A stretch of DNA of 64,000 nucleotides from Antedon mediterranea (taxonomy: Eukaryota; Animalia; Echinodermata). Location: positions 15,624,001 to 15,688,000 of the forward strand of contig NC_092674.1 of the NCBI RefSeq assembly GCF_964355755.1. Direction: 5' to 3'. Positions 52,904 through 64,000 of the stretch are shown one piece after another (position 1 is the first letter of the stretch; every line of letters starts with the position of its first letter). The notes below the pieces were generated by a model that saw only the letters and a program-made list of their open reading frames with translations, was not told the origin of the DNA and did no database searches. Made by a program: the position numbers and the translations under genes.

Positions 52904-53387
52904 ATTTAGGTTATTCGTCGTTCGGATAATAGTCGAATGGTAGCTTTTCAGATAATTCAGTTGACTTTAATAGTTGAATGCCGTAGAAATCAAAGGCACA
53001 CCATTTTATAAATGTCTTTGTCGGTTAGATATTAATGAAAGAACAAGAAAAACACAATAGAAACAATGGCTGCGTTGAGTAACGCGGGCGCAAACGCAAC
53101 AATAAACAATTTTAAAACAATAGAAACGGTAAAGCAAAGAAAGCAGATGACACTTTAATGATTTGTCGGTATGAAATTACAACTTCCAATACTATTAAAA
53201 ACAACTAGCATTTAAATTTAGTTGATATGAAAATATGTTTGAGAATAGACTACAGTTAATGTAAGTTACAGAAGAGTATATTACTATTTACATTATGACA
53301 CTGTAACTGAATATAAATACCAGAATGACACTTGTACAACGATACCAAGCCAATATGTCAGCTAAGAAGGTGGTATGGCGTTTAAGC

Positions 53388-53553
53388 ATACTTACCTGGC
53401 ACAGGAGCGACTTTGATCAGGAAGGAATGTCCTCTCAAGATGAGGCCTCAGCATTGCACACACGGCTGCGGTTGACCCTTGCGATTCCCCCAAACGTGGG
53501 GAACTCGGGTGTATAATTTATGGTAGCGGGGGACTGCGTTCGCGCTAACCCCC
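53388..53553 (+). ncRNA. RNU1: U1 snRNA (C>T variant in stem I)
   Basis: Same motifs, with cctctcaag. Confidence 0.93.
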
Positions 53554-53911
53554 ACCCCAATTCGACATTAATATTAGATAAGCCTATGCAGTTCACGATA
53601 ATCGTTAGTTTAATTAAGAACACTTGATATATAACTATTTATGGTTACATTATCTGTTTTGAAACTTTGTTGGTTTGTAACTATTTATTTTCCCTTAACA
53701 ACTATTGGTATAGCATATTGACAGGCGTTGAACGCTTCATAATTATTTCGAAGCGTACGAAGAATAATATCAAACTCTAGATTAAACAAAATCAAGTAGT
53801 CTATTATAGAACTTAGGTATTTAAATAATTTTATTACTTTCTGTTAAACGATAATTATATTTCACTTACAATATGTATTAAATGCTATTTATTTATAGAT
53901 ATTTTATTTAT

Positions 53912-54763
53912 TTACATGTCATATTGTTCTTTTCGAAGAAGTTTGGCGATAGAAAACCTTTGACATTTTAGACTCAATGATGAAGACGTAGTATGTACAG
54001 CGTTTAATTGTTCTGTTTCAGTTTGTAAGCAATGCTGTTTTTCTTCGCCATTTCTATCGCTGCAATTCAAGTGGTTTATGGATTGGAGATCTAGCTCCAT
54101 CGGTGCATTGCGTGATATCGTATACAGGTATGCCACCCACTCGTTGTAAGTGTTGGATGTTACGTGGTACTTCGTTCCATTCACTATAATGATATATGGC
54201 AGATAGTATTGCCAACCGTCTGTCAATCGATACCTATAACAAGAAAACAACATTATTTATTAATAACGATGATCATGTAAATAAATAATAAGGATAATCA
54301 ATGGTATTTCTGTTAAAATTACAAATGTAAGGAGCATTACTAGTAAAATGACAAAAGTATTGTAACCGAATAAGTAATGTAAGTAAGTTGCAGGCAGTGA
54401 GTTTTATTTAAGAAAAGGTTATTACAAATAATGTGGTAGAAAGAAGTTTCGTATCGATCATTAAATTACCTGTAAAGGCCAACATTGTTATTGCAATGAA
54501 TAAGTTGGTTTAATAATGTAAATCACATACCTGTGTCTGTCAACCTTTTCGATATACGGAGATTCATTGAAGATCTGTCGAACACATTCTCTGACATTCC
54601 TCATATTATACTTCTCCGGACAAATTTTATCAATAATGTGCAGCACGTTTAGAGAACCGCTGGTAGTATCTGGACAACGGAGAAGAGCCGCCACAACAAG
54701 TTCTTGAAATGAGAGAGGCATCATCAATGTATCGGTGAGATCGGAGAACATCATGCAAGACAT
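53912..54763 (-). CDS. Fox-like array gene, long form (S66N)
   Basis: Same exon structure. Confidence 0.7.
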
Positions 54764-55247
54764 ATTTAGGTTATTCGTCGTTCGGATAATAGTCGAATGG
54801 TAGCTTTTCAGATAATTCAGTTGACTTTAATAGTTGAATGCCGTAGAAATCAAAGGCACACCATTTTATAAATGTCTTTGTCGGTTAGATATTAATGAAA
54901 GAACAAGAAAAACACAATAGAAACAATGGCTGCGTTGAGTAACGCGGGCGCAATCGCAACAATAAACAATTTTAAAACAATAGAAACGGTAAAGCAAAGA
55001 AAGCAGATGACACTTTAATGATTTGTCGGTATGAAATTACAACTTCCAATACTATTAAAAACAACTAGCATTTAAATTTAGTTGATATGAAAATATGTTT
55101 GAGAATAGACTACAGTTAATGTAAGTTACAGAAGAGTATATTACTATTTACATTATGACACTGTAACTGAATATAAATACCAGAATGACACTTGTACAAC
55201 GATACCAAGCCAATATGTCAGCTAAGAAGGTGGTATGGCGTTTAAGC

Positions 55248-55413
55248 ATACTTACCTGGCACAGGAGCGACTTTGATCAGGAAGGAATGTCCTCCCAAGA
55301 TGAGGCCTCAGCATTGCACACACGGCTGCGGTTGACCCTTGCGATTCCCCCAAACGTGGGGAACTCGGGTGTATAATTTATGGTAGCGGGGGACTGCGTT
55401 CGCGCTAACCCCC
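55248..55413 (+). ncRNA. RNU1: U1 snRNA
   Basis: Same motifs. Confidence 0.95.
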
Positions 55414-55771
55414 ACCCCAATTCGACATTAATATTAGATAAGCCTATGCAGTTCACGATAATCGTTAGTTTAATTAAGAACACTTGATATATAACTATTT
55501 ATGGTTACATTATCTGTTTTGAAACTTTGTTGGTTTGTAACTATTTATTTTCCCTTAACAACTATTGGTATAGCATATTGACAGGCGTTGAACGCTTCAT
55601 AATTATTTCGAAGCGTACGAAGAATAATATCAAACTCTAGATTAAACAAAATCAAGTAGTCTATTATAGAACTTAGGTATTTAAATAATTTTATTACTTT
55701 CTGTTAAACGATAATTATATTTCACTTACAATATGTATTAAATGCTATTTATTTATAGATATTTTATTTAT

Positions 55772-56623
55772 TTACATGTCATATTGTTCTTTTCGAAGAA
55801 GTTTGGCGATAGAAAACCTTTGACATTTTAGACTCAATGATGAAGACGTAGTATGTACAGCGTTTAATTGTTCTGTTTCAGTTTGTAAGCAATGCTGTTT
55901 TTCTTCGCCATTTCTATCGCTGCAATTCAAGTGGTTTATGGATTGGAGATCTAGCTCCATCGGTGCATTGCGTGATATCGTATACAGGTATGCCACCCAC
56001 TCGTTGTAAGTGTTGGATGTTACGTGGTACTTCGTTCCATTCACTATAATGATATATGGCAGATAGTATTGCCAACCGTCTGTCAATCGATACCTATAAC
56101 AAGAAAACAACATTATTTATTAATAACGATGATCATGTAAATAAATAATAAGGATAATCAATGGTATTTTTGTTAAAATTACGAATGTAAGGAGCATTAC
56201 TAGTAAAATGACAAAAGTACTGTAACCGAATAAGTAATGTAAGTAAGTTGCAGGCAGTGAGTTTTATTTAAGAAAAGGTTATTACAAATAATGTGGTAGA
56301 AAGAAGTTTCGTATCGATCAGTAAATTACCTCTAAAGGCCAACATTGTTATTGCAATGAATAAGTTGGTTTAATAATGTAAATCACATACCTGTGTCTGT
56401 CAACCTTTTCGATATACGGAGATTCACTGAAGATCTGTCGAACACATTCTCTGACATTCCTCATATTATACTTCTCCGGACAAATTTTATCAATAATGTG
56501 CAGCACGTTTAGAGAACCGCTGGTAGTATCTGGACAACGGAGAAGAGCCGCCACAACAAGTTCTTGAAATGAGAGAGGCATCATCAATGTATCGGTGAGA
56601 TCGGAGAACATCATGCAAGACAT
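55772..56623 (-). CDS. Fox-like array gene, long form
   Basis: Same exon structure. Confidence 0.7.
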
Positions 56624-56972
56624 ATTTAGGTTATTCGTCGTTCGGATAATAGTCGAATGGTAGCTTTTCAGATAATTCAGTTGACTTTAATAGTTGAATG
56701 CCGTAGAAATCAAAGGCACACCATTTTATAAATGTCTTTGTCGGTTAGATATTAATGAAAGAACAAGAAAAACACAATAGAAACAATGGCTGCGTTGAGT
56801 AACGCGGGCGCAATCGCAACAATAAACAATTTTAAAACAATAGAAACGGTAAAGCAAAGAAAGCAGATGACACTTTAATGATTTGTCGGTATGAAATTAC
56901 AACTTCCAATACTATTAAAAACAACTAGCATTTAAATTTAGTTGATATGAAAATATGTTTGAGAATAGACTA

Positions 56973-59334
56973 CACACTAAAAAAAAAAGGTGCAAATCTC
57001 TACCTAAAAAGGTGCAAACCGATGCAACAATAGCAGCTCCCTTTAAGGTGCACAACTGCACCTTTGACGGAAGGTGCAATTTTGAACCCTGATAAAGGGT
57101 GCTATAATGCTCCTTTGGAGTTCACATTTGCACCATATAAGGTGTAATTTTCTACCCTAAAAGGTGCAAACTAAATGCAACAATAGCAGCTCCCCAAAGG
57201 AGCAAAATTCAACCTCTAAATAAAGGTGCAACTTTACACCCTAATAAAAGGTTCAATAATGCTCCTCTAAGATTCAAATTTCTGTTAAAAAGGTGCACAA
57301 ATAAAAATCACTAAAATACAAAAAATATTGATTAAGCTTTATATAATTTTATTCAACTTTAAAACATTACATTATTCAATTCAACTGCTGAATTAATGGA
57401 TGGCAATTACCAGTCTCTGCACCTTAAATAGAGTGTGGCCATCTCTTCTCAAACCAACAATAGGCCTATTGTTAAAATTATCTAATGATGACATCTTTGG
57501 CAGTATTCTCTTCTTATCCCCATATATCTGAAACAGTGTTCTTGATGTCTGGTTCACCTTTTCCGAACATTTTCACCTGATTAAGTACTTTCCTAAAAAG
57601 CATGAAATAGGAAGGGAAACTATTATATATTATCATTAATATGACAACATCATACAATACATTATTGACATTGTTCTGATTTTTAAAGTCAAATTACCTT
57701 GACCACATGCTTTACATACTTTAAAGTATGTTCCTCTCCCTTTCCTCAGCTCGTAGTATAGTAGGCCCTATATACATTACTAGAGTATTACAGTACATGT
57801 GGTCACATTTCTTTCTCCTTTTCTGAACATCTTTATTGCTGCTGATTAGAGCAGAGGTGCTCTTTCATGTTTTAAACTTATTTTATCCCTCCATGACATC
57901 ATGTAGGCTGTAACTATAATTAAAAATAATGATAATGTGTATAAGAATTTAATATAGGCCTAGGCCTAATAATACCCAGCTACTGTAATAACTAATATTA
58001 ATAACTAGGCCCCTGGCCTGCCTAGCTAGGCCTATTATTAATTATAGGCCTAGCCGGGTAGCTAGGCCTAGGACTGCTTTTAATTAAGTTTAAGGTCTAG
58101 GCCTACCTAGGCCTAGTAACCTTTAGTTTAGGCATAGCCTAGCTAGCCTATATGCCTAACCTACTAGCTAGACCCAGGTAAGTAGGCTAGGCCTGGTCTA
58201 GGACTAGCCCCCACCCGAAAGGCTACTGTAGGCTAAGTAGGCCTCTAGACTGCCTACTTTAGGCTTAACCTAGCCTAGGCCTGGGCCTAATATAGGCCGC
58301 CTAGATAGGCTAGGGCTAGGTAGGAGGCCTCTAGCTAGCCATATTTATTTATTTAGCTATCATTTTTAAGTTTTAGGCCTAGCCTAGGCTTATAGGCCTA
58401 TACAATAATTAATCTAATAAAAACAACCAAACTACATGCCTATAAAGCTTCGTTACTTACTTTTAACAGCTATCCTACACTGGAGAGGTGTGGGAGCTAG
58501 CCTAGGCCTAGTTTAATTTTATAGCCTGATTTTTTGGGCGCAAACTCCTCAATTCAAACTGCATGTTTAACAACCGCACGCGCCTAAAATTATTGTTCAA
58601 TTCCTGTTTCAAATAAATTTAGAACAGATGCCTACATTATGATATTAGATATTCTAATAATATTGTTAAATATGACAGAAAAGTTTACTTATTCTAGAAT
58701 TAAGCAAACCAGAGTAAATAACCTCTGAAATTCAATATTTTAACAATTGTTTACAGACATCTTGCGTGCGCATACGGTACGAAAATTGTACAAAAATTGT
58801 ACAAAAAGGTGCTATTATGCACCTTTTAACTGATGTTAAACCTTATAGGGTGCCCAGTTGAACCTTTGAATTTATCATGTTAAAGGTATTAAACTTTAAT
58901 TTTCAGTTAGGCCTACAAGCCAGCGACTTTCTAATGTTCCGTAAAAAAAAGATTTGTTCGAATTCCGATAGCTGTCCCCACAAACCTATCTATATTATTA
59001 TTAATCTTTCTTATTTTTGTTTTAACTTACCACAATAATGTCATTCTAAAAAAATTGTCCTTATCATCACCTTTTAAGCTTTTAGAAGCCCTAAGTTAAA
59101 CATATCAAGAAGCGTTCATTAATCTAATAGGTCTTATTTGTCACACAGTCACCATGGCCTACTTGGGCCTTTGCGGTGCAGTTCTGCACCTTTTTATACT
59201 TGTCTGCATTTTTCGATATAAAAGGTGCAAAAATAAACCTTTTATGAACTCTGCACCATTTTATGAGAAAAAGGCGCAAATTAGCACCCTTTTATAGGTT
59301 TGCACCTTTTATTGCACCTTTAGTTTTAAGTGTG
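56973..59334. mobile_element. Non-autonomous EnSpm/CACTA-like DNA transposon inserted in the U1/Fox-like intergenic spacer
   Basis: CACAC...GTGTG termini, 2-bp TA duplication (empty site gacTAcagtt in other units), and many subterminal AAGGTGCAAA / TTTGCACCTT repeats in opposite orientations. Confidence 0.85.
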
Positions 59335-59471
59335 TACAGTTAATGTAAGTTACAGAAGAGTATATTACTATTTACATTATGACACTGTAACTGAATATAA
59401 ATACCAGAATGACACTTGTACAACGATACCAAGCCAATATGTCAGCTAAGAAGGTGGTATGGCGTTTAAGC

Positions 59472-59637
59472 ATACTTACCTGGCACAGGAGCGATTTTGA
59501 TCAGGAAGGAATGTCCTCCCAAGATGAGGCCTCAGCATTGCACACACGGCTGCGGTTGACCCTTGCGATTCCCCCAAACGTGGGGAACTCGGGTGTATAA
59601 TTTATGGTAGCGGGGGACTGCGTTCGCGCTAACCCCC
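59472..59637 (+). ncRNA. RNU1: U1 snRNA (transposon about 135 bp upstream, one stem I SNP)
   Basis: Same motifs, with gcgattttg in place of gcgactttg. Confidence 0.92.
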
Positions 59638-59995
59638 ACCCCAATTCGACATTAATATTAGATAAGCCTATGCAGTTCACGATAATCGTTAGTTTAATTA
59701 AGAACACTTGATATATAACTATTTATGGTTAAATTATCTGTTTTGAAACTTTGTTGGTTTGTAACTATTTATTTTCCCTTAACAACTATTGGTATAGCAT
59801 ATTGACAGGCGTTGAACGCTTCATAATTATTTCGAAGCGTACGAAGAATAATATCAAACTCTAGATTAAACAAAATCAAGTAGTCTATTATAGAACTTAG
59901 GTATTTAAATAATTTTATTACTTTCTGTTAAACGATAATTATATTTCACTTACAATATGTATTAAATGCTATTTATTTATAGATATTTTATTTAT

Positions 59996-60847
59996 TTACA
60001 TGTCATATTGTTCTTTTCGAAGAAGTTTGGCGATAGAAAACCTTTGACATTTTAGACTCAATGATGAAGACGTAGTATGTACAGCGTTTAATTGTTCTGT
60101 TTCAGTTTGTAAGCAATGCTGTTTTTCTTCGCCATTTCTATCGCTGCAATTCAAGTGGTTTATGGATTGGAGATCTAGCTCCATCGGTGCATTGCGTGAT
60201 ATCGTATACAGGTATGCCACCCACTCGTTGTAAGTGTTGGATGTTACGTGGTACTTCGTTCCATTCACTATAATGATATATGGCAGATAGTATTGCCAAC
60301 CGTCTGTCAATCGATACCTATAACAAGAAAACAACATTATTTATTAATAACGATGATCATGTAAATAAATAATAAGGAAAATCAATGGTATTTCTGTTAA
60401 AATTACAAATGTAAGGAGCATTACTAGTAAAATGACAAAAGTACTGTAACCGAATAAGAAATGTAAGTAAGTTGCAGGCAGTGAGTTTTATTTAAGAAAA
60501 GGTTATTACAAATAATGTGGTAGAAAGAAGTTTCGTATCGATCAGTAAATTACCTCTAAAGGCCAACATTGTTATTGCAATGAATAAGTTGGTTTAATAA
60601 TGTAAATCACATACCTGTGTCTGTCAACCTTTTCGATATACGGAGATTCACTGAAGATCTGTCGAACACATTCTCTGACATTCCTCATATTATACTTCTC
60701 CGGAAAAATTTTATCAATAATGTGCAGCACGTTTAGAGAACCGCTGGTAGTATCTGGACAACGGAGAAGAGCCGCCACAACAAGTTCTTGAAATGAGAGA
60801 GGCATCATCAATGTATCGGTGAGATCGGAGAACATCATGCAAGACAT
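59996..60847 (-). CDS. Fox-like array gene, long form (C48F)
   Basis: Same exon structure. Confidence 0.7.
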
Positions 60848-61331
60848 ATTTAGGTTATTCGTCGTTCGGATAATAGTCGAATGGTAGCTTTTCAAATAAT
60901 TCAGTTGACTTTAATAGTTGAATGCCGTAGAAATCAAAGGCACACCATTTTATAAATGTCTTTGTCGGTTAGATATTAATGAAAGAACAAGAAAAACACA
61001 ATAGAAACAATGGCTGCGTTGAGTAACGCGGGCGCAATCGCAACAATAAACAATTTTAAAACAATAGAAACGGTAAAGCAAAGAAAGCAGATGACACTTT
61101 AATGATTTGTCGGTATGAAATTACAACTTCCAATACTATTAAAAACAACTAGCATTTAAATTTAGTTGATATGAAAATATGTTTGAGAATAGACTACAGT
61201 TAATGTAAGTTACAGAAGAGTATATTACTATTTACATTATGACACTGTAACTGAATATAAATACCAGAATGACACTTGTACAACGATACCAAGCCAATAT
61301 GTCAGCTAAGAAGGTGGTATGGCGTTTAAGC

Positions 61332-61497
61332 ATACTTACCTGGCACAGGAGCGACTTTGATCAGGAAGGAATGTCCTCCCAAGATGAGGCCTCAGCATTG
61401 CACACACGGCTGCGGTTGACCCTTGCGATTCCCCCAAACGTGGGGAACTCGGGTGTATAATTTATGGTAGCGGGGGACTGCGTTCGCGCTAACCCCC
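61332..61497 (+). ncRNA. RNU1: U1 snRNA
   Basis: Same motifs. Confidence 0.95.
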
Positions 61498-61855
61498 ACC
61501 CCAATTCGACATTAATATTAGATAAGCCTATGCAGTTCACGATAATCGTTAGTTTAATTAAGAACACTTGATATATAACTATTTATGGTTACATTATCTG
61601 TTTTGAAACTTTGTTGGTTTGTAACTATTTATTTTCCCTTAACAACTATTGGTATAGCATATTGACAGGCGTTGAACGCTTCATAATTATTTCGAAGCGT
61701 ACGAAGAATAATATCAAACTCTAGATTAAACAAAATCAAGTAGTCTATTATAGAACTTAGGTATTTAAATAATTTTATTACTTTCTGTTAAACGATAATT
61801 ATATTTCACTTACAATATGTATTAAATGCTATTTATTTATAGATATTTTATTTAT

Positions 61856-62707
61856 TTACATGTCATATTGTTCTTTTCGAAGAAGTTTGGCGATAGAAAA
61901 CCTTTGACATTTTAGACTCAATGATGAAGACGTAGTATGTACAGCGTTTAATTGTTCTGTTTCAGTTTGTAAGCAATGCTGTTTTTCTTCGCCATTTCTA
62001 TCGCTGCAATTCAAGTGGTTTATGGATTGGAGATCTAGCTCCATCGGTGCATTGCGTGATATCGTATACAGGTATGCCACCCACTCGTTGTAAGTGTTGG
62101 ATGTTACGTGGTACTTCGTTCCATTCACTATAATGATATATGGCAGATAGTATTGCCAACCGTCTGTCAATCGATACCTATAACAAGAAAACAACATTAT
62201 TTATTAATAACGATGATCATGTAAATAAATAATAAGGATAATCAATGGTATTTCTGTTAAAATTACAAATGTAAGGAGCATTACTAGTAAAATGACAAAA
62301 GTATTGTAACCGAATAAGTAATGTAAGTAAGTTGCAGGCAGTGAGTTTTATTTAAGAAAAGGTTATTACAAATAATGTGGTAGAAAGAAGTTTCGTATCG
62401 ATCATTAAATTACCTGTAAAGGCCAACATTGTTATTGCAATGAATAAGTTGGTTTAATAATGTAAATCACATACCTGTGTCTGTCAACCTTTTCGATATA
62501 CGGAGATTCATTGAAGATCTGTCGAACACATTCTCTGACATTCCTCATATTATACTTCTCCGGACAAATTTTATCAATAATGTGCAGCACGTTTAGAGAA
62601 CCGCTGGTAGTATCTGGACAACGGAGAAGAGCCGCCACAACAAGTTCTTGAAATGAGAGAGGCATCATCAATGTATCGGTGAGATCGGAGAACATCATGC
62701 AAGACAT
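61856..62707 (-). CDS. Fox-like array gene, long form (S66N)
   Basis: Same exon structure. Confidence 0.7.
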
Positions 62708-63191
62708 ATTTAGGTTATTCGTCGTTCGGATAATAGTCGAATGGTAGCTTTTCAGATAATTCAGTTGACTTTAATAGTTGAATGCCGTAGAAATCAAAGG
62801 CACACCATTTTATAAATGTCTTTGTCGGTTAGATATTAATGAAAGAACAAGAAAAACACAATAGAAACAATGGCTGCGTTGAGTAACGCGGGCGCAATCG
62901 CAACAATAAACAATTTTAAAACAATAGAAACGGTAAAGCAAAGAAAGCAGATGACACTTTAATGATTTGTCGGTATGAAATTACAACTTCCAATACTATT
63001 AAAAACAACTAGCATTTAAATTTAGTTGATATGAAAATATGTTTGAGAATAGACTACAGTTAATGTAAGTTACAGAAGAGTATATTACTATTTACATTAT
63101 GACACTGTAACTGAATATAAATACCAGAATGACACTTGTACAACGATACCAAGCCAATATGTCAGCTAAGAAGGTGGTATGGCGTTTAAGC

Positions 63192-63357
63192 ATACTTACC
63201 TGGCACAGGAGCGACTTTGATCAGGAAGGAATGTCCTCCCAAGATGAGGCCTCAGCATTGCACACACGGCTGCGGTTGACCCTTGCGATTCCCCCAAACG
63301 TGGGGAACTCGGGTGTATAATTTATGGTAGCGGGGGACTGCGTTCGCGCTAACCCCC
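63192..63357 (+). ncRNA. RNU1: U1 snRNA
   Basis: Same motifs. Confidence 0.95.
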
Positions 63358-63715
63358 ACCCCAATTCGACATTAATATTAGATAAGCCTATGCAGTTCAC
63401 GATAATCGTTAGTTTAATTAAGAACACTTGATATATAACTATTTATGGTTACATTATCTGTTTTGAAACTTTGTTGGTTTGTAACTATTTATTTTCCCTT
63501 AACAACTATTGGTATAGCATATTGACAGGCGTTGAACGCTTCATAATTATTTCGAAGCGTACGAAGAATAATATCAAACTCTAGATTAAACAAAATCAAG
63601 TAGTCTATTATAGAACTTAGGTATTTAAATAATTTTATTACTTTCTGTTAAACGATAATTATATTTCACTTACAATATGTATTAAATGCTATTTATTTAT
63701 AGATATTTTATTTAT

Positions 63716-64000
63716 TTACATGTCATATTGTTCTTTTCGAAGAAGTTTGGCGATAGAAAACCTTTGACATTTTAGACTCAATGATGAAGACGTAGTATGT
63801 ACAGCGTTTAATTGTTCTGTTTCAGTTTGTAAGCAATGCTGTTTTTCTTCGCCATTTCTATCGCTGCAATTCAAGTGGTTTATGGATTGGAGATCTAGCT
63901 CCATCGGTGCATTGCGTGATATCGTATACAGGTATGCCACCCACTCGTTGTAAGTGTTGGATGTTACGTGGTACTTCGTTCCATTCACTATAATGATATA
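63716..64000 (-). CDS. Fox-like array gene, long form, partial exon 2 (cut by the window edge)
   Basis: Exon 2 sequence ending FSIAKLLRKEQYDM*. Confidence 0.65.
   Translation of the reverse strand, partial: YIIIVNGTKYHVTSNTYNEWVAYLYTISRNAPMELDLQSINHLNCSDRNGEEKQHCLQTETEQLNAVHTTSSSLSLKCQRFSIAKLLRKEQYDM

Larger units (their letters stand above)
38746..64000. repeat. Macrosatellite array of 1860-bp and 1697-bp units (U1 snRNA plus antisense two-exon gene), at least 13 units, running off the window
   Basis: U1 start spacings are 1873, 1861, 1697, 1860, 1860, 1697, 1860, 1697, 1860, 4224 (1860 plus TE), 1860, 1860. Units are nearly identical. Confidence 0.97.

Noticed and set aside
57950-58510. 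TAGGCCTA-rich palindromic tract as a functional element
   Set aside because: It is low-complexity interior of a non-autonomous transposon, similar tracts occur inside the Kolobok-like element, and no specific structure is supported.

Overview
This is AT-rich eukaryotic DNA, probably from a marine invertebrate (inferred from Deu/Nin-type SINEs, SUEL and F-type lectin domains, and the transposon repertoire). 1-4.2 kb holds the last seven exons of a peroxisomal sarcosine/pipecolate oxidase (PIPOX-like) gene. 7.7-18.6 kb (minus strand) is a 10-exon secreted chimeric lectin gene (signal peptide, SUEL/rhamnose-binding domain, two F-type domains) whose introns carry an RTE LINE, an L2 LINE and SINEs. 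20-38.7 kb is transposon- and satellite-rich: Helitrons, a HINE, satellites, a five-level nested insertion, a tandem/inverted 364-bp repeat with a tRNA-like cloverleaf, and a Penelope-like element. From about 38.75 kb to the window end runs a macrosatellite of 1860/1697-bp units. Each unit carries a U1 snRNA gene (+) and, on the opposite strand, a two-exon gene for a 184-aa protein with a divergent forkhead/winged-helix-like N-terminus and a C-terminal eh1-like motif (FSIAKLL). The 1697-bp units delete that motif. This U1 plus Fox-like array is the main candidate for a previously undescribed system.
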